From assembly GCA_964563155.1 (NCBI GenBank), contig CAZLVL010000008.1:40310-104309 (forward strand): a stretch of DNA of 64,000 nucleotides. The letters run 5' to 3'. The notes under the pieces were generated by a model that saw only the letters and a list, made by a program, of their open reading frames with translations, made no database searches and was not told the origin of the DNA. The position numbers and the translations under genes were made by a program. Below are positions 21,168-31,189 of the stretch, piece after piece (positions within the stretch are counted from its first letter, which is position 1; each line of letters begins with the position of its first letter). This stretch comes from an uncultured Clostridiaceae bacterium. GTDB lineage: Bacteria > Bacillota > Clostridia > DUPQ01.

Positions 21168-23045
21168 TTACTCTTCAAAAACAAGTTTAGTCTCACTATT
21201 TGGTGCTAGTTTAATCTTTTTAAAATCTTTCAGCTCTTTATGAGGATCATGCTGAAATCTTAAGACACTATAGTCTTGCTGCCAGTTAGACTTGTTTTTA
21301 ATCACCACAGTTTTATCATCTAACCACTCTTCTTCCACCTGTCCATAAGTTAAGCCATAACCAAATTCATAAAGGGCTTTTCCTTTAAAAAACTTGTAGG
21401 TTCTGTTTTCCATACTGTAATCCTCAAAAGGAGGTAAATCCAAAGTATCCTTGTAAAAGGTAAGAGGCAACCTTCCAGAGGGGCTGATTTTACCATAGAG
21501 AATCTCTGCTAAGGCCTTGCCGCCTTTAGCTCCAGGATAAAATATTTGCAAGAGGGCATCTGCATCTTGAGCAAAGGATAAATCTACGCAGCTTCCGGAT
21601 ACATTAACAACTATTAGGGGTTTACCCACACTTTTAACCTCTTCATAAAGTCTTTTTTGAACAAAAGGTATTTCAATATCTTCCTTATCCCCTTTTATGC
21701 CCCTAGTTAAAGATTCTTCGCTTTCAATTGAGGGATTAAGTCCTAAGAACAAGATAGCCACATCCGCCTTTTTAGCAGCTATAACCGCCTCTCTTAAGGG
21801 GTGCTCTGAATATCTTTCCACTGTATCATCATTGTGGATATGACTGCCTCTAGCATAGATAACTCTTTCTTCGCTTTCTTCTTGAATTCCTCTTAAGAAG
21901 GTATAGTACTTGTCTGGTGTACCATTGTAATTTGCTAATAGTACAGATAAATCGTCTGCATTTGGTCCAATTACTGCAACTTTTGTCTTTTTATCCAAAG
22001 GCAGAATTCCCTTGTTTTCCAACATTACTATGCTTTGTCTGGCCATTTCTAAATTCAACTTCTGGTGGTCTTCACAAGCTACTATGTCATAGGGTATTTG
22101 ATTATACTTACAATCATCATCAAACATGCCTAATCTAAATCTTGCTTCAAACAGTCTTTCTACTGATTTATTTACATCCTCTTCACTTAAAAGTCCTGAT
22201 GCTACTGCTGTTTTTAACCATTTATAGGCATCACCACAGTTAAGGTCACACCCACCTTTAACAGCTAGAGCTGCACTTTCGGCTTCATTTTCAGTTACTC
22301 TATGGTATTTATTTATATCGCATATGGCCCCACAGTCTGATACTACATAGCCCTTAAAACCAAACTCATCTCTTAAGATATCATCTAAAAGGGTCTTACT
22401 AGCACAGGCTGGTTCACCATTTACTCGATTGTATGCACACATTACTGCAGACACGTCGGTTCTTTCTATACAGTATTTAAAGGCAAATAAATAGGTCTCA
22501 TACAGGTCTTTTTGTGAAACTATAGCATCAAAGCCATGCCTTATCTCTTCAGGACCACTATGAACAGCGTAATGTTTCAAGGTAGCATCCACCTTTTTAT
22601 AGGTTTTGTCATCTCCTTGCATACCATTAACAAAAGCAACTGCCATCTTACCGGTTAAAAGTGGGTCCTCTCCATAAGTCTCATGACCTCTTCCCCATCT
22701 GGGATCTCTAAATATATTAATATTAGGTGACCAACAAGTAAGGCCTTGATAAATCTCAGTATCTCCAAACTTTACATACTCATTGTACTTAGCTCTAACC
22801 TCATCAGATATGGCTACTGCTACATCATACATAAGCTCATCATTAAAAGAAGCAGCCATGGCTATGGACTGAGGAAAAACTGTGGCAGTACCATTTCTCG
22901 CACTTCCATGAAGGGCTTCATTCCACCAGTTGTAGGCTTTTACGCCTAATCTTTCTATAGCAGGAGATTCAAACTGCATTTGTGCAACCTTCTCTGCTAG
23001 AGTCATTTTTTCAACTAATTCTTTTGCTCTTTTTTTAAAATCCAT
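21168..23045 (-). CDS. Glycoside hydrolase family 3 (beta-glucosidase/beta-xylosidase-like)
   Basis: GH3 catalytic signature GFKGYVVSDCGAI. Start placed at MDFKK (23045), which has an AAGGAG SD 10 nt upstream; the track start at 23081 has a weaker SD. Confidence 0.8.
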   Translation of the reverse strand: MDFKKRAKELVEKMTLAEKVAQMQFESPAIERLGVKAYNWWNEALHGSARNGTATVFPQSIAMAASFNDELMYDVAVAISDEVRAKYNEYVKFGDTEIYQGLTCWSPNINIFRDPRWGRGHETYGEDPLLTGKMAVAFVNGMQGDDKTYKKVDATLKHYAVHSGPEEIRHGFDAIVSQKDLYETYLFAFKYCIERTDVSAVMCAYNRVNGEPACASKTLLDDILRDEFGFKGYVVSDCGAICDINKYHRVTENEAESAALAVKGGCDLNCGDAYKWLKTAVASGLLSEEDVNKSVERLFEARFRLGMFDDDCKYNQIPYDIVACEDHQKLNLEMARQSIVMLENKGILPLDKKTKVAVIGPNADDLSVLLANYNGTPDKYYTFLRGIQEESEERVIYARGSHIHNDDTVERYSEHPLREAVIAAKKADVAILFLGLNPSIESEESLTRGIKGDKEDIEIPFVQKRLYEEVKSVGKPLIVVNVSGSCVDLSFAQDADALLQIFYPGAKGGKALAEILYGKISPSGRLPLTFYKDTLDLPPFEDYSMENRTYKFFKGKALYEFGYGLTYGQVEEEWLDDKTVVIKNKSNWQQDYSVLRFQHDPHKELKDFKKIKLAPNSETKLVFEE

Positions 23046-23123
23046 ATTATTTTCACTCCTTAGACCTTCTTGCATACCCATATTATATTACCCTTAGAAA
23101 AAAGTCACAATCTTTTGGACTTA

Positions 23124-23138
23124 TGTGATAAAGTCACT
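23124..23138 (+). promoter_or_regulatory. CRP/FNR-like half-palindrome TGTGA-N5-TCACT upstream of the CoADR fusion gene
   Basis: TGTGATAAAGTCACT lies 67-81 bp upstream of the 23205 ATG. A Crp/Fnr-family regulator gene follows the target gene. The spacer is 5 rather than the canonical 6. Confidence 0.25.
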
Positions 23139-23204
23139 TTCATTTTTCGCCCATTTGTTAAAATAAAGACACATGATTGACATTTTTTTAACGGGAGGCA
23201 TTGG

Positions 23205-25661
23205 ATGACAAAAAAGGTAGTGATTATCGGCGGCGTCGCCGGAGGAGCTAGCACGGCTACAAGATTGAGAAGGCTGGATGAAAAAGCTCAAATTACCATT
23301 ATTGAAAGAGGAGAATATATCTCTTACGCAAACTGCGGTTTACCCTATCATATCGGAAATGTAATTAAAGAGCGTAATGCTCTATTACTTTTAACTCCAG
23401 AGATTATGAAGCAAAGATACAATGTAGACGTATTGGTAAATCAAGAAGTTATAAAAATTGACAGGCAAAACAAAAGGGTTCTAGTAAAAAGAAAAGACAA
23501 ATCTGAATATGGTTTAGACTACGATAAGCTTGTTATATCCACAGGCTCATCTCCTATTAGGCCTCCAATTCCTGGCATAGACTCATCTAGAGTAATGTCT
23601 CTTTGGACCATTCCAGATACAGATAAAATAAAGGCCTATGTTTCAGATAGTAAAGTTAAGTCAGCCCTAGTAGTAGGTGGTGGCTTTATTGGGTTAGAGT
23701 TGGCTGAAAATCTTAAAGCTTTAGGCTTAAAGGTTACCTTAGTTGAAATGCTAGACCAGGTTATGACCCTTTATGACTATGAAATGGCCCAATTAATCCA
23801 TGAAAGCTTGGAAGAAAATGGTATAAACCTAATTCTTAACAATGGTGTGGCCTCTTTTGAAGATAAGGGCCAAGGTGTAAATGTAACCTTAAAAGATGGG
23901 CAAGTCATTTACTCAGACCTAGTTATTATGTCCATTGGTGTAAGGCCCAATAGTGACTTGGCTAAAGATGCAAACATTGCTACAAACCAAAAAGGTGGAA
24001 TCATTGTAGATGACCATATGCTCACAGAAGACCCAGACATCTATGCTGTAGGTGATGTTATCGAAGTTGAAGACTTTATTGATAAAAGCCGTACCATGAT
24101 TCCTCTAGCAGGTCCTGCCAATAAGCAAGGTAGAATAGCTGCAGATAATATTGCAGGCATAAAATCTAGCTACGATGGAACCCAAGGAACTTGTATTGTT
24201 AGAATTTTTGAATTAACAGCAGCTAGCACTGGCTACAATGAAAAGTATCTACAAAAGCAAGGTCTAGTAAGAAACAAGGACTATCACACCCTTACCATTA
24301 CTCAAAATTCCCATGCAGGCTACTATCCTGGAGCAACCCCCTTAACCTTAAAGTTAATCTTTTCCAATGATGGAAAGAAGATATATGGTGGACAAATTAT
24401 AGGTAGAGATGGAGTGGATAAGAGAATTGACTCTATTGCCACTGTTATGAGATTAAATGCTAGTGTACTAGATTTAAAAAACCTAGAATTTGCCTATGCA
24501 CCTCCCTACTCATCTGCTAAAGACCCTGTTAACATGGCAGGTTTTGTTGCAGAAAATATCCTAACAGGTCTAGTCAAGTTTTCAGACTGGGATGTTATAG
24601 AAAAAAATCCAGACCTACAAGTTTTAGATATTAGAGAAGAAGCTGAAAGAGTTGCTTTTTCTTTGGACAATACAATTAATATACCACTAGGTCAGTTAAG
24701 AGAAAGATTTAACGAGCTAGATAAAGACAAAGATATATTAATCTTTTGTGCCATAGGTGTTCGTTCCTACAATGCCTTAAGAGTATTAAGAGAAAATGGA
24801 TTTTTAAAAGAAAAGGTCTATGTTTATCCAGCAGGAACCAGATTCTATATTTCAACACACTACAAGGAGTATCAAATGGAAGATCATACAGCATATACAG
24901 TTACAGATAGTGGCCATCAAAGCGATGACAAGGCTATTGCATCCATTAGTTTAGATTGTTCAGGACTTCAATGCCCTGGCCCTATAATGCAGGTCTTTGA
25001 AAACTTAAAAACCATGGCCCCAGGCCAACTTCTAGAAGTTACAGCCTCAGACCCAGGTTTTACAAGAGATATTGCTTCTTGGTGTAGAAGAACTGGTAAC
25101 ACCCTAATATCCAATGAAAAGATAGGTAATTCCTATGTTGCTGTTGTACAAAAAGGTGGTGCAGCTGTAAGAGTGCCTGAATTAGCAGGAACCGATGGAA
25201 AAACCATTATTGTCTTTGATGGAGACCTAGACAAGGTCCTAGCCTCCTTTATTATTGCCAACGGTGCCCTTGCAATGGGAAGAAGAGTGACCATGTTCTT
25301 TACCTTCTGGGGCCTTAATGTTTTAAGAAAGCCTAATAAGCAAAAGGTTAAAAAATCCTTCCTAGAAAAAATGTTTGGAGCTATGATGCCAAGAGGCACC
25401 AGCAAACTTAAACTTTCTAAAATGAATATGGGTGGCATGGGCACAGCCATGATGAAATACATCATGAAAGAAAAAAATGTAGACTCTTTAGATGAACTCA
25501 TTAGAAAAGCTCAAAAAGCTGGAGTTAGACTGGTTGCCTGTACTATGAGTATGGATGTTATGGGTATTAAAGAAGAGGAACTCATTGATGGTATAGAATT
25601 TGCAGGAGTTGGCTCTTACCTTGCTGATGCAGAAGAGTCTAATGTAAACTTGTTTATTTAA
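23205..25661 (+). CDS. CoA-disulfide/persulfide reductase fused to rhodanese, TusA-like and DsrE/DsrF-like domains
   Basis: N-terminal FAD motif VVIIGGVAGGAST with redox Cys in SYANCGLPY. Rhodanese active-site loop FCAIGVRS. TusA CPGP motif (LDCSGLQCPGPI). C-terminal DsrE-like block TIIVFDGDLDKV...FTFWGLNV. Confidence 0.85.
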   Translation: MTKKVVIIGGVAGGASTATRLRRLDEKAQITIIERGEYISYANCGLPYHIGNVIKERNALLLLTPEIMKQRYNVDVLVNQEVIKIDRQNKRVLVKRKDKSEYGLDYDKLVISTGSSPIRPPIPGIDSSRVMSLWTIPDTDKIKAYVSDSKVKSALVVGGGFIGLELAENLKALGLKVTLVEMLDQVMTLYDYEMAQLIHESLEENGINLILNNGVASFEDKGQGVNVTLKDGQVIYSDLVIMSIGVRPNSDLAKDANIATNQKGGIIVDDHMLTEDPDIYAVGDVIEVEDFIDKSRTMIPLAGPANKQGRIAADNIAGIKSSYDGTQGTCIVRIFELTAASTGYNEKYLQKQGLVRNKDYHTLTITQNSHAGYYPGATPLTLKLIFSNDGKKIYGGQIIGRDGVDKRIDSIATVMRLNASVLDLKNLEFAYAPPYSSAKDPVNMAGFVAENILTGLVKFSDWDVIEKNPDLQVLDIREEAERVAFSLDNTINIPLGQLRERFNELDKDKDILIFCAIGVRSYNALRVLRENGFLKEKVYVYPAGTRFYISTHYKEYQMEDHTAYTVTDSGHQSDDKAIASISLDCSGLQCPGPIMQVFENLKTMAPGQLLEVTASDPGFTRDIASWCRRTGNTLISNEKIGNSYVAVVQKGGAAVRVPELAGTDGKTIIVFDGDLDKVLASFIIANGALAMGRRVTMFFTFWGLNVLRKPNKQKVKKSFLEKMFGAMMPRGTSKLKLSKMNMGGMGTAMMKYIMKEKNVDSLDELIRKAQKAGVRLVACTMSMDVMGIKEEELIDGIEFAGVGSYLADAEESNVNLFI

Positions 25662-25691
25662 ATATTCTTATATCAATAGAAGTAAGATACA

Positions 25692-25715
25692 AAAAACCGC
25701 TTAGCGGTTTTTTTG
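25692..25715 (+). terminator. Rho-independent terminator after the CoADR fusion gene
   Basis: AAAACCGC-TTA-GCGGTTTT hairpin followed by a T-run. Confidence 0.8.
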
Positions 25716-25795
25716 TAAACTTCTTTCTTATATTTTCTCAATATTTATGTTATAATTTTGACGAACAACTTATCTAAAGAGATAATGGAGATTTT

Positions 25796-26449
25796 ATGAC
25801 AGATATAGGGGACCTTTTTCCAGTATGGGACAAATTGGATAATGATGAGAAACAGTTTTTGGCTTCTTCAATAGTAGAGAAGAAGGTTTCAGAAGGCTCA
25901 ATCTTGCATCGGGGTGATGAAGACTGCGATGGTTTGTACATTGTTAAAAAAGGCCAGTTAAGATCCTTTATCATATCAGACCAAGGAAAAGAATTGACCC
26001 TATATAGATTGTTTGAAAGAGATATTTGTCTTTTTTCAGCTTCTTGTATCATGTCAAATATTCAATTTGAAGTTATTATTGAGACAGAAAAAGACTCTAT
26101 TATTTATGTAATTCCAGTACTAGTTTATCAAAAACTTATGAACACCAATGCGGGTGTTGCTAATTATACAAATCAGCTTATGGCTTCTCGCTTTACTGAT
26201 GTTATGTGGCTTATGGACCAGATTCTTTTTAAGAGCATGGATGCAAGATTAGCCTCTTTCTTGCTTTACGAAAGCAATATTGAAGAAAGTAATGATTTAT
26301 ATATCACTCATGAAAAGATTGCCCACCATATAGGGACAGCAAGAGAGGTTGTCACAAGGGTTCTTAAATATCTACAAGGTGAAAATATTGTAAAGTTGTC
26401 TCGTGGGGTTATTACAATAACTGACAGGATTAGATTAGGTCGATTATAG
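25796..26449 (+). CDS. Crp/Fnr family transcriptional regulator
   Basis: cNMP-binding beta-roll followed by the C-terminal HTH TREVVTRVLKYLQGENIV. Confidence 0.8.
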   Translation: MTDIGDLFPVWDKLDNDEKQFLASSIVEKKVSEGSILHRGDEDCDGLYIVKKGQLRSFIISDQGKELTLYRLFERDICLFSASCIMSNIQFEVIIETEKDSIIYVIPVLVYQKLMNTNAGVANYTNQLMASRFTDVMWLMDQILFKSMDARLASFLLYESNIEESNDLYITHEKIAHHIGTAREVVTRVLKYLQGENIVKLSRGVITITDRIRLGRL

Positions 26450-27886
26450 GCTCTTTTTAAATATTCCAGCCAAAACTTCTATACCTTTAATAGCTTTTTC
26501 CAAGGATTCTCCAGAGTAGTTTATTATAAATTCTCCACTAGAATCTTTTTTCTTGTGTCTATATGAAGATACTGCAGATATTTTAAGTCCCTTGTTTTTT
26601 GCTCTAGCTATAACATCCACATCTTCTAAATCTGTTTTAAGACCTAGTATAAAGTGGAGTCCTGAGTTGTGTTCAATGATTTCATAGTCTAAACCTTTAA
26701 AGTTTTTATCTATAACTTCAATTAGTTGGTCTCTTTTTTTCTTGTAAAAGGTTCTCATTCTATTTATGTGCTTTTCAAAATGTCCAGATAATATGAAATT
26801 GGCAAGAATCTTTTGTTCCATAACTGCAACTGTATTGGAATAAAAACTAAGTTTAGCTAAAAAGTCCTTGTTTAAATAATCTGGTAAAACCATATATGCC
26901 ACCCTTATAGCTGGAGATATGGTCTTGGTAAAGGTGTTCATATAGATGACTCTATGGTCTTTATCTATACTTTTTAAAGGTGCTATGGGTTTTCCTTCCA
27001 TTCTAAACTCAGAGTCATAGTCATCTTCAATAATATAGGCCTTATTTTGTTCAGCCCACCTTAAAATCTCAATTCTTTTATTAATAGGCATTACCACTCC
27101 AGTGGGAAAATGATGAGCTGGGGTTATATGCACCATACTTGCATTACTTGTAAAAAGAGCCTCTGTGTCCATGCCATCTTCTTTTACATCTAAGTGTATA
27201 CACCTTACCCCATTATTCTTATATATTAAATAGGGTTTTTCATAACCAGGATCCTCAAGAGCTATTACTTGGTCTTTGCCAAAGTATCTTATTAAAAGAT
27301 TGTATAGATATTCGGTACCTGCCCCAATAATCACATTTTTTGCATTACATTCAATTGCTCTAAAGTGCAATAGATGGTCACAAATTGCCTTTCTTAAGTC
27401 ATATAGCCCTTGAAAAGGCACACTTTCCATGGTCTCTCTAAAGCTTTGTGAATCTGACAAAATTTCTCTGGTTATTCTTGTCCATATAGAAAGAGGAAAA
27501 TTATCTATATCAATGGCATTGGAAACAAAATCTGCTTGTATCTTTTCTTTTTTATGCACCTCATCTTGCTTACTTACCTTTTCTATATCTAAAGACACAA
27601 GTTTTTCATTCATACTAGCTATTGGTCTTTCTTCAATTAAAAAGTCTAAATCAGATACAAAATATCCCCTTCTTTCAAAAGAGCTAATATAGCCTTCTGC
27701 TTCTAGTTGTCCATAGGCTGTTTCTACAGTTATTAAAGATATATTGTGATGGGTTGCAATTGACCTTTTAGAGGGCAACCTTTCTCCTTTTTTTATAAAG
27801 CCCTTGGAAATATCTTCTTTTATATATAAATAGAGTTGTTCATAAAGGGGCTTTTTGTCTTTTGGATCTAATATGTAGGTTAGCAT
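26444..27886 (-). CDS. pdxR: MocR/GntR-family PLP-dependent regulator PdxR
   Basis: N-terminal GntR HTH plus an aminotransferase class I fold with the PLP lysine context (TFTKTISPA). Divergent from pdxS. Confidence 0.75.
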   Translation of the reverse strand: MLTYILDPKDKKPLYEQLYLYIKEDISKGFIKKGERLPSKRSIATHHNISLITVETAYGQLEAEGYISSFERRGYFVSDLDFLIEERPIASMNEKLVSLDIEKVSKQDEVHKKEKIQADFVSNAIDIDNFPLSIWTRITREILSDSQSFRETMESVPFQGLYDLRKAICDHLLHFRAIECNAKNVIIGAGTEYLYNLLIRYFGKDQVIALEDPGYEKPYLIYKNNGVRCIHLDVKEDGMDTEALFTSNASMVHITPAHHFPTGVVMPINKRIEILRWAEQNKAYIIEDDYDSEFRMEGKPIAPLKSIDKDHRVIYMNTFTKTISPAIRVAYMVLPDYLNKDFLAKLSFYSNTVAVMEQKILANFILSGHFEKHINRMRTFYKKKRDQLIEVIDKNFKGLDYEIIEHNSGLHFILGLKTDLEDVDVIARAKNKGLKISAVSSYRHKKKDSSGEFIINYSGESLEKAIKGIEVLAGIFKKSL

Positions 27887-28026
27887 GAAATCACCTCTGG
27901 TCCTATTTTATTATACACTTTTGGTTATATCAATAGGTTCAAATAGATAATACCCTATTCATATACTAGACTTTTAAAGTTGCTTAGAAAAAATAACAAG
28001 AGATTATTTATGAAAGGACCTTACAT

Positions 28027-28899
28027 ATGAATACATTAAATATTGATTTTATAGAAATGGCAAATAAAGTTTCAGGTGGAGTAATTATGGATGTAACCAA
28101 TCCCCACCAAGCAAAAATTGCAGAAAAAGCAGGTGCCAAAGCAGTTATGGCCCTAGAAAGAATTCCAGCTGATATAAAGGCGGCAGGAGGGGTTTCAAGA
28201 ATGAGTGACCCTAAAATGATTAAAGAAATAATGGAGGCTGTTTCTATCCCAGTAATGGCAAAATGCAGGATTGGTCATTTTGTAGAAGCCCAAATTTTAG
28301 AAGCTATAAATATAGATTTTATTGACGAATCAGAGGTGCTAAGCGATGCAGATTCTCTTCACCATATAGATAAGACCACTTTTTCCGCTCCTTTTGTCTG
28401 TGGAGCAAAAGACTTATCTGAGGCCTTAAGAAGAATAAATGAAGGTGCCAGCATGATTAGGACCAAGGGAGAACCAGGCACTGGAGACGTGGTGCATGCT
28501 ATAGATCATATGAGAAAAATCAATAAACAAATGCGTCATGTTCAATCTTTAAGTAAAGATGAATTGTTTGAAGAGGCTAAAACCATGATGGTACCTTACG
28601 AATTACTCTTATACGTCCATGAAAATGGTCATTTACCAGTAGCTAATCTAGCAGCAGGAGGAATAGCAACACCAGCTGATGCAGCTATTATGATGCAATT
28701 AGGGGCTCAAGGTGTATTTGTAGGCTCTGGAATCTTTAAATCTTCAAATCCTGATAAAAGAGCAAAAGCTATTGTAGAAGCTGTTAAACACTTTGATAAT
28801 CCTAAGATGCTAGCTGAGTTATCCATGGACTTAGGCGAAGCCATGGTAGGAATTAATCCTGAAGAAATTGAGATTTTAAAGTCTCAAAAAAGAGATTAG
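28027..28899 (+). CDS. pdxS: Pyridoxal 5'-phosphate synthase subunit PdxS
   Basis: Highly conserved PdxS/SNZ sequence (GGVIMDV, ERVPADIR-like, ATVVEAVKHF). Confidence 0.95.
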   Translation: MNTLNIDFIEMANKVSGGVIMDVTNPHQAKIAEKAGAKAVMALERIPADIKAAGGVSRMSDPKMIKEIMEAVSIPVMAKCRIGHFVEAQILEAINIDFIDESEVLSDADSLHHIDKTTFSAPFVCGAKDLSEALRRINEGASMIRTKGEPGTGDVVHAIDHMRKINKQMRHVQSLSKDELFEEAKTMMVPYELLLYVHENGHLPVANLAAGGIATPADAAIMMQLGAQGVFVGSGIFKSSNPDKRAKAIVEAVKHFDNPKMLAELSMDLGEAMVGINPEEIEILKSQKRD

Positions 28900-28989
28900 T
28901 AAATATTAATTTAATAAGAATGCTACTGTATTAAGGAAGAATAACCAGAAAAACAGATAAAAATATTCTTAGTCCAATGCAAATTAAGA

Positions 28990-29018
28990 AAAAGACACCT
29001 ATAGGTGTCCTTTTCTCT
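28990..29018 (+). terminator. Rho-independent terminator after pdxS
   Basis: AAAGACACCT-ATA-AGGTGTC hairpin followed by CTTTTCT. Confidence 0.75.
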
Positions 29019-29022
29019 CTTG

Positions 29023-29052
29023 TTGACATTTTCTTGTTTTTTGGTGTAGAAT
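29023..29052 (+). promoter_or_regulatory. Sigma-70-type promoter TTGACA-18-TAGAAT for the alpha-oxoamine synthase/SDR operon
   Basis: Consensus -35 TTGACA at 29023-29028. 18-nt spacer. -10 TAGAAT at 29047-29052. About 100-nt leader. Confidence 0.5.
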
Positions 29053-29152
29053 CACCTTAATATTATTACATGGTAATAAATTGTCCAGGGATATTATTTT
29101 ATAAAGAAAGGCTTGTGCTTAAAGAGTACTTATTTTTTTTAGGACAAGAAAT

Positions 29153-30346
29153 ATGGTTATGGATATTTTTCAAAAAGCTTATCACTACAAAACTGCAAAT
29201 CAGGCAAGAGAGGCGGGTATTTACCCATATTTTCATGCTTTAGAATCTAAACAGGATGTTAGAGTTATTATGGAAGGTGCCCCTAGAATAATGTTAGGCT
29301 CTAACAATTATCTAGGTTTAACCACCAATCCTGATGTTATGCTAGCTGCTACAAAGGCTATAGAGCAATATGGAACAGGTTGTTCAGGATCTCGTTTTTT
29401 AAATGGGACCTTGGAACTACACTTGGAATTAGAAAGAGAATTAGCTGACTTTTTAGGCACAGAAGATGCCTTGGTATTTTCAACAGGTTTTCAAACTAAT
29501 CTTGGTATTATCTCAGCAATTGCTGGTAAGAATGACTTCATCTTAAGTGACAAGGAAAATCATGCCTCTATTTATGATGGTTGCAGATTATCTAGTGCCA
29601 CTGTTTTAAGATATAGGCACAATGATATGGTAGACCTAGAAAGACAATTAAAAAAAGTACCAGAAGAATCTGGTAGCATAATAATTACAGATGGAGTCTT
29701 TTCTATGGGAGGAGACATAGCTGATTTACCAGGAATAGTGAAATTGGCAAAAGAATATGGCGCAAGAGTTATGGTGGATGATTCTCATGGTTTAGGCGTT
29801 TTAGGTCCAAATGGTAAGGGTACAGCTGAATATTTTGGTTTAGAAAAAGATATTGATATTTACATGGGGACCTTTTCCAAGTCTTTAGCTTCTTTAGGAG
29901 GCTATATGGCTGGAGACAGTATAGTTATAGATTATATTCGTCACAATTCTCGCCCCTTTATCTTTTCAGCTTCTATGACTCCTTCATCTTGTGCAGCTGC
30001 CCTAGCAGCCTTGAAGCATTTAAGAGCTAACCCACAATTACCCAAGGCACTTATAAGTATTTCAAAATACTTTAGAGAAAAATTAGACCAAGCTGGGATT
30101 AAAACAAGATTTTCAGAAACACCTATCATACCAATTTATACCTATGAATTGACCACTACCTTGACCATAGCAAAGCACTTGTATGATGAGGGTGTCTATG
30201 TGAATCCTTCTCTGCCACCAGCTACACCACCCAATGAGTGTCTTTTAAGAACTAGTTTAATGGCAACTCATACAAGACCCATAATTGATGAGGCGGTGGA
30301 AATTATAAGTAGAGTTTTAGGAGAGTATCAGATTTATGAAAAATAA
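29153..30346 (+). CDS. Alpha-oxoamine synthase family PLP enzyme (serine palmitoyltransferase/KBL/BioF-like)
   Basis: Fold-type I PLP enzyme with the AOS lysine motif GTFSKSLASLGGY. Substrate-binding motif NNYLGL. His in DDSHGLG. Confidence 0.8.
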   Translation: MVMDIFQKAYHYKTANQAREAGIYPYFHALESKQDVRVIMEGAPRIMLGSNNYLGLTTNPDVMLAATKAIEQYGTGCSGSRFLNGTLELHLELERELADFLGTEDALVFSTGFQTNLGIISAIAGKNDFILSDKENHASIYDGCRLSSATVLRYRHNDMVDLERQLKKVPEESGSIIITDGVFSMGGDIADLPGIVKLAKEYGARVMVDDSHGLGVLGPNGKGTAEYFGLEKDIDIYMGTFSKSLASLGGYMAGDSIVIDYIRHNSRPFIFSASMTPSSCAAALAALKHLRANPQLPKALISISKYFREKLDQAGIKTRFSETPIIPIYTYELTTTLTIAKHLYDEGVYVNPSLPPATPPNECLLRTSLMATHTRPIIDEAVEIISRVLGEYQIYEK

Positions 30347-31133
30347 GAGAATAGCCTTAATAAGTGGAGCCTCTTCTGGGATTGGTTATGAAACAGCCCT
30401 ATTATTACTAAAAGAAGACTATCATGTAGTAAATTTAAGTAGAAGAGATTTTACTCATCCAAACATTGAACATATTAAATGCGATGTAACCGATAAAGAA
30501 CAAGTAGAAAAGGCTGTAGCCCAAGTCATTGCAAAGTATGGTGTTATTGACCTTTTAGTTTGTGCTGCAGGTTATGGAATAGCTGGTGCTATAGAATTTA
30601 CTAAAGAAGATGATTTCAAAAGACAAATTGATGTGAACTTTTTTGGAACAGTTCATCTAGTACAAGCAAGCTTAGCTCATATGAGAAAAGAAAAAAGTGG
30701 CAGAATCATTTGTCTTTCTTCTGTAGCTGGCGTTATATCTATTCCCTTTCAAGCCTTCTATAGTATATCTAAAAGCGCTATTAATTCCTTCGTTACAGCC
30801 CTTTCCCATGAAGTTAGGCCCTTTAATATAAAGGTTACAGCTCTAATGCCAGGAGATACTAAGACAGCCTTTACAGCATCTAGGGTTACTAATCTAGCTG
30901 GTAATGACCTTTATGAAAATAGGATTGGTAAATCCATTGAAGTCATGGAAAAAGATGAAATGTCTGGAGATAACCCAAAAGATATAGCAAAAGACATAGT
31001 TAAGATATCAAAAATGAAACATCCCCTAGCTCTTTATACAGCTGGTTTTAAGTATAAGGTCTTTGTACTTTTGCAAAAGCTTTTACCTCAAAGATTAATT
31101 TCAAAAATTATCTTCATGATGTATGCCAAATAA
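30336..31133 (+). CDS. Classical short-chain dehydrogenase/reductase (SDR)
   Basis: Cofactor motif SGASSGIGYETA. Catalytic S...YSISK. Overlaps the upstream AOS gene by 11 bp. Confidence 0.85.
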   Translation: MKNKRIALISGASSGIGYETALLLLKEDYHVVNLSRRDFTHPNIEHIKCDVTDKEQVEKAVAQVIAKYGVIDLLVCAAGYGIAGAIEFTKEDDFKRQIDVNFFGTVHLVQASLAHMRKEKSGRIICLSSVAGVISIPFQAFYSISKSAINSFVTALSHEVRPFNIKVTALMPGDTKTAFTASRVTNLAGNDLYENRIGKSIEVMEKDEMSGDNPKDIAKDIVKISKMKHPLALYTAGFKYKVFVLLQKLLPQRLISKIIFMMYAK

Positions 31134-31189
31134 GGTATAATTGAAATACATTATATAATTTAATATTTGACATACCATGGGAGGTAAAA

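Noticed and set aside
23124-23138. Canonical CRP site
   Set aside because: TGTGA and TCAC arms are present, but the spacer is 5 rather than 6 and the right arm is TCACT. It is kept only as a low-confidence regulatory feature, not as a confident CRP/FNR box.
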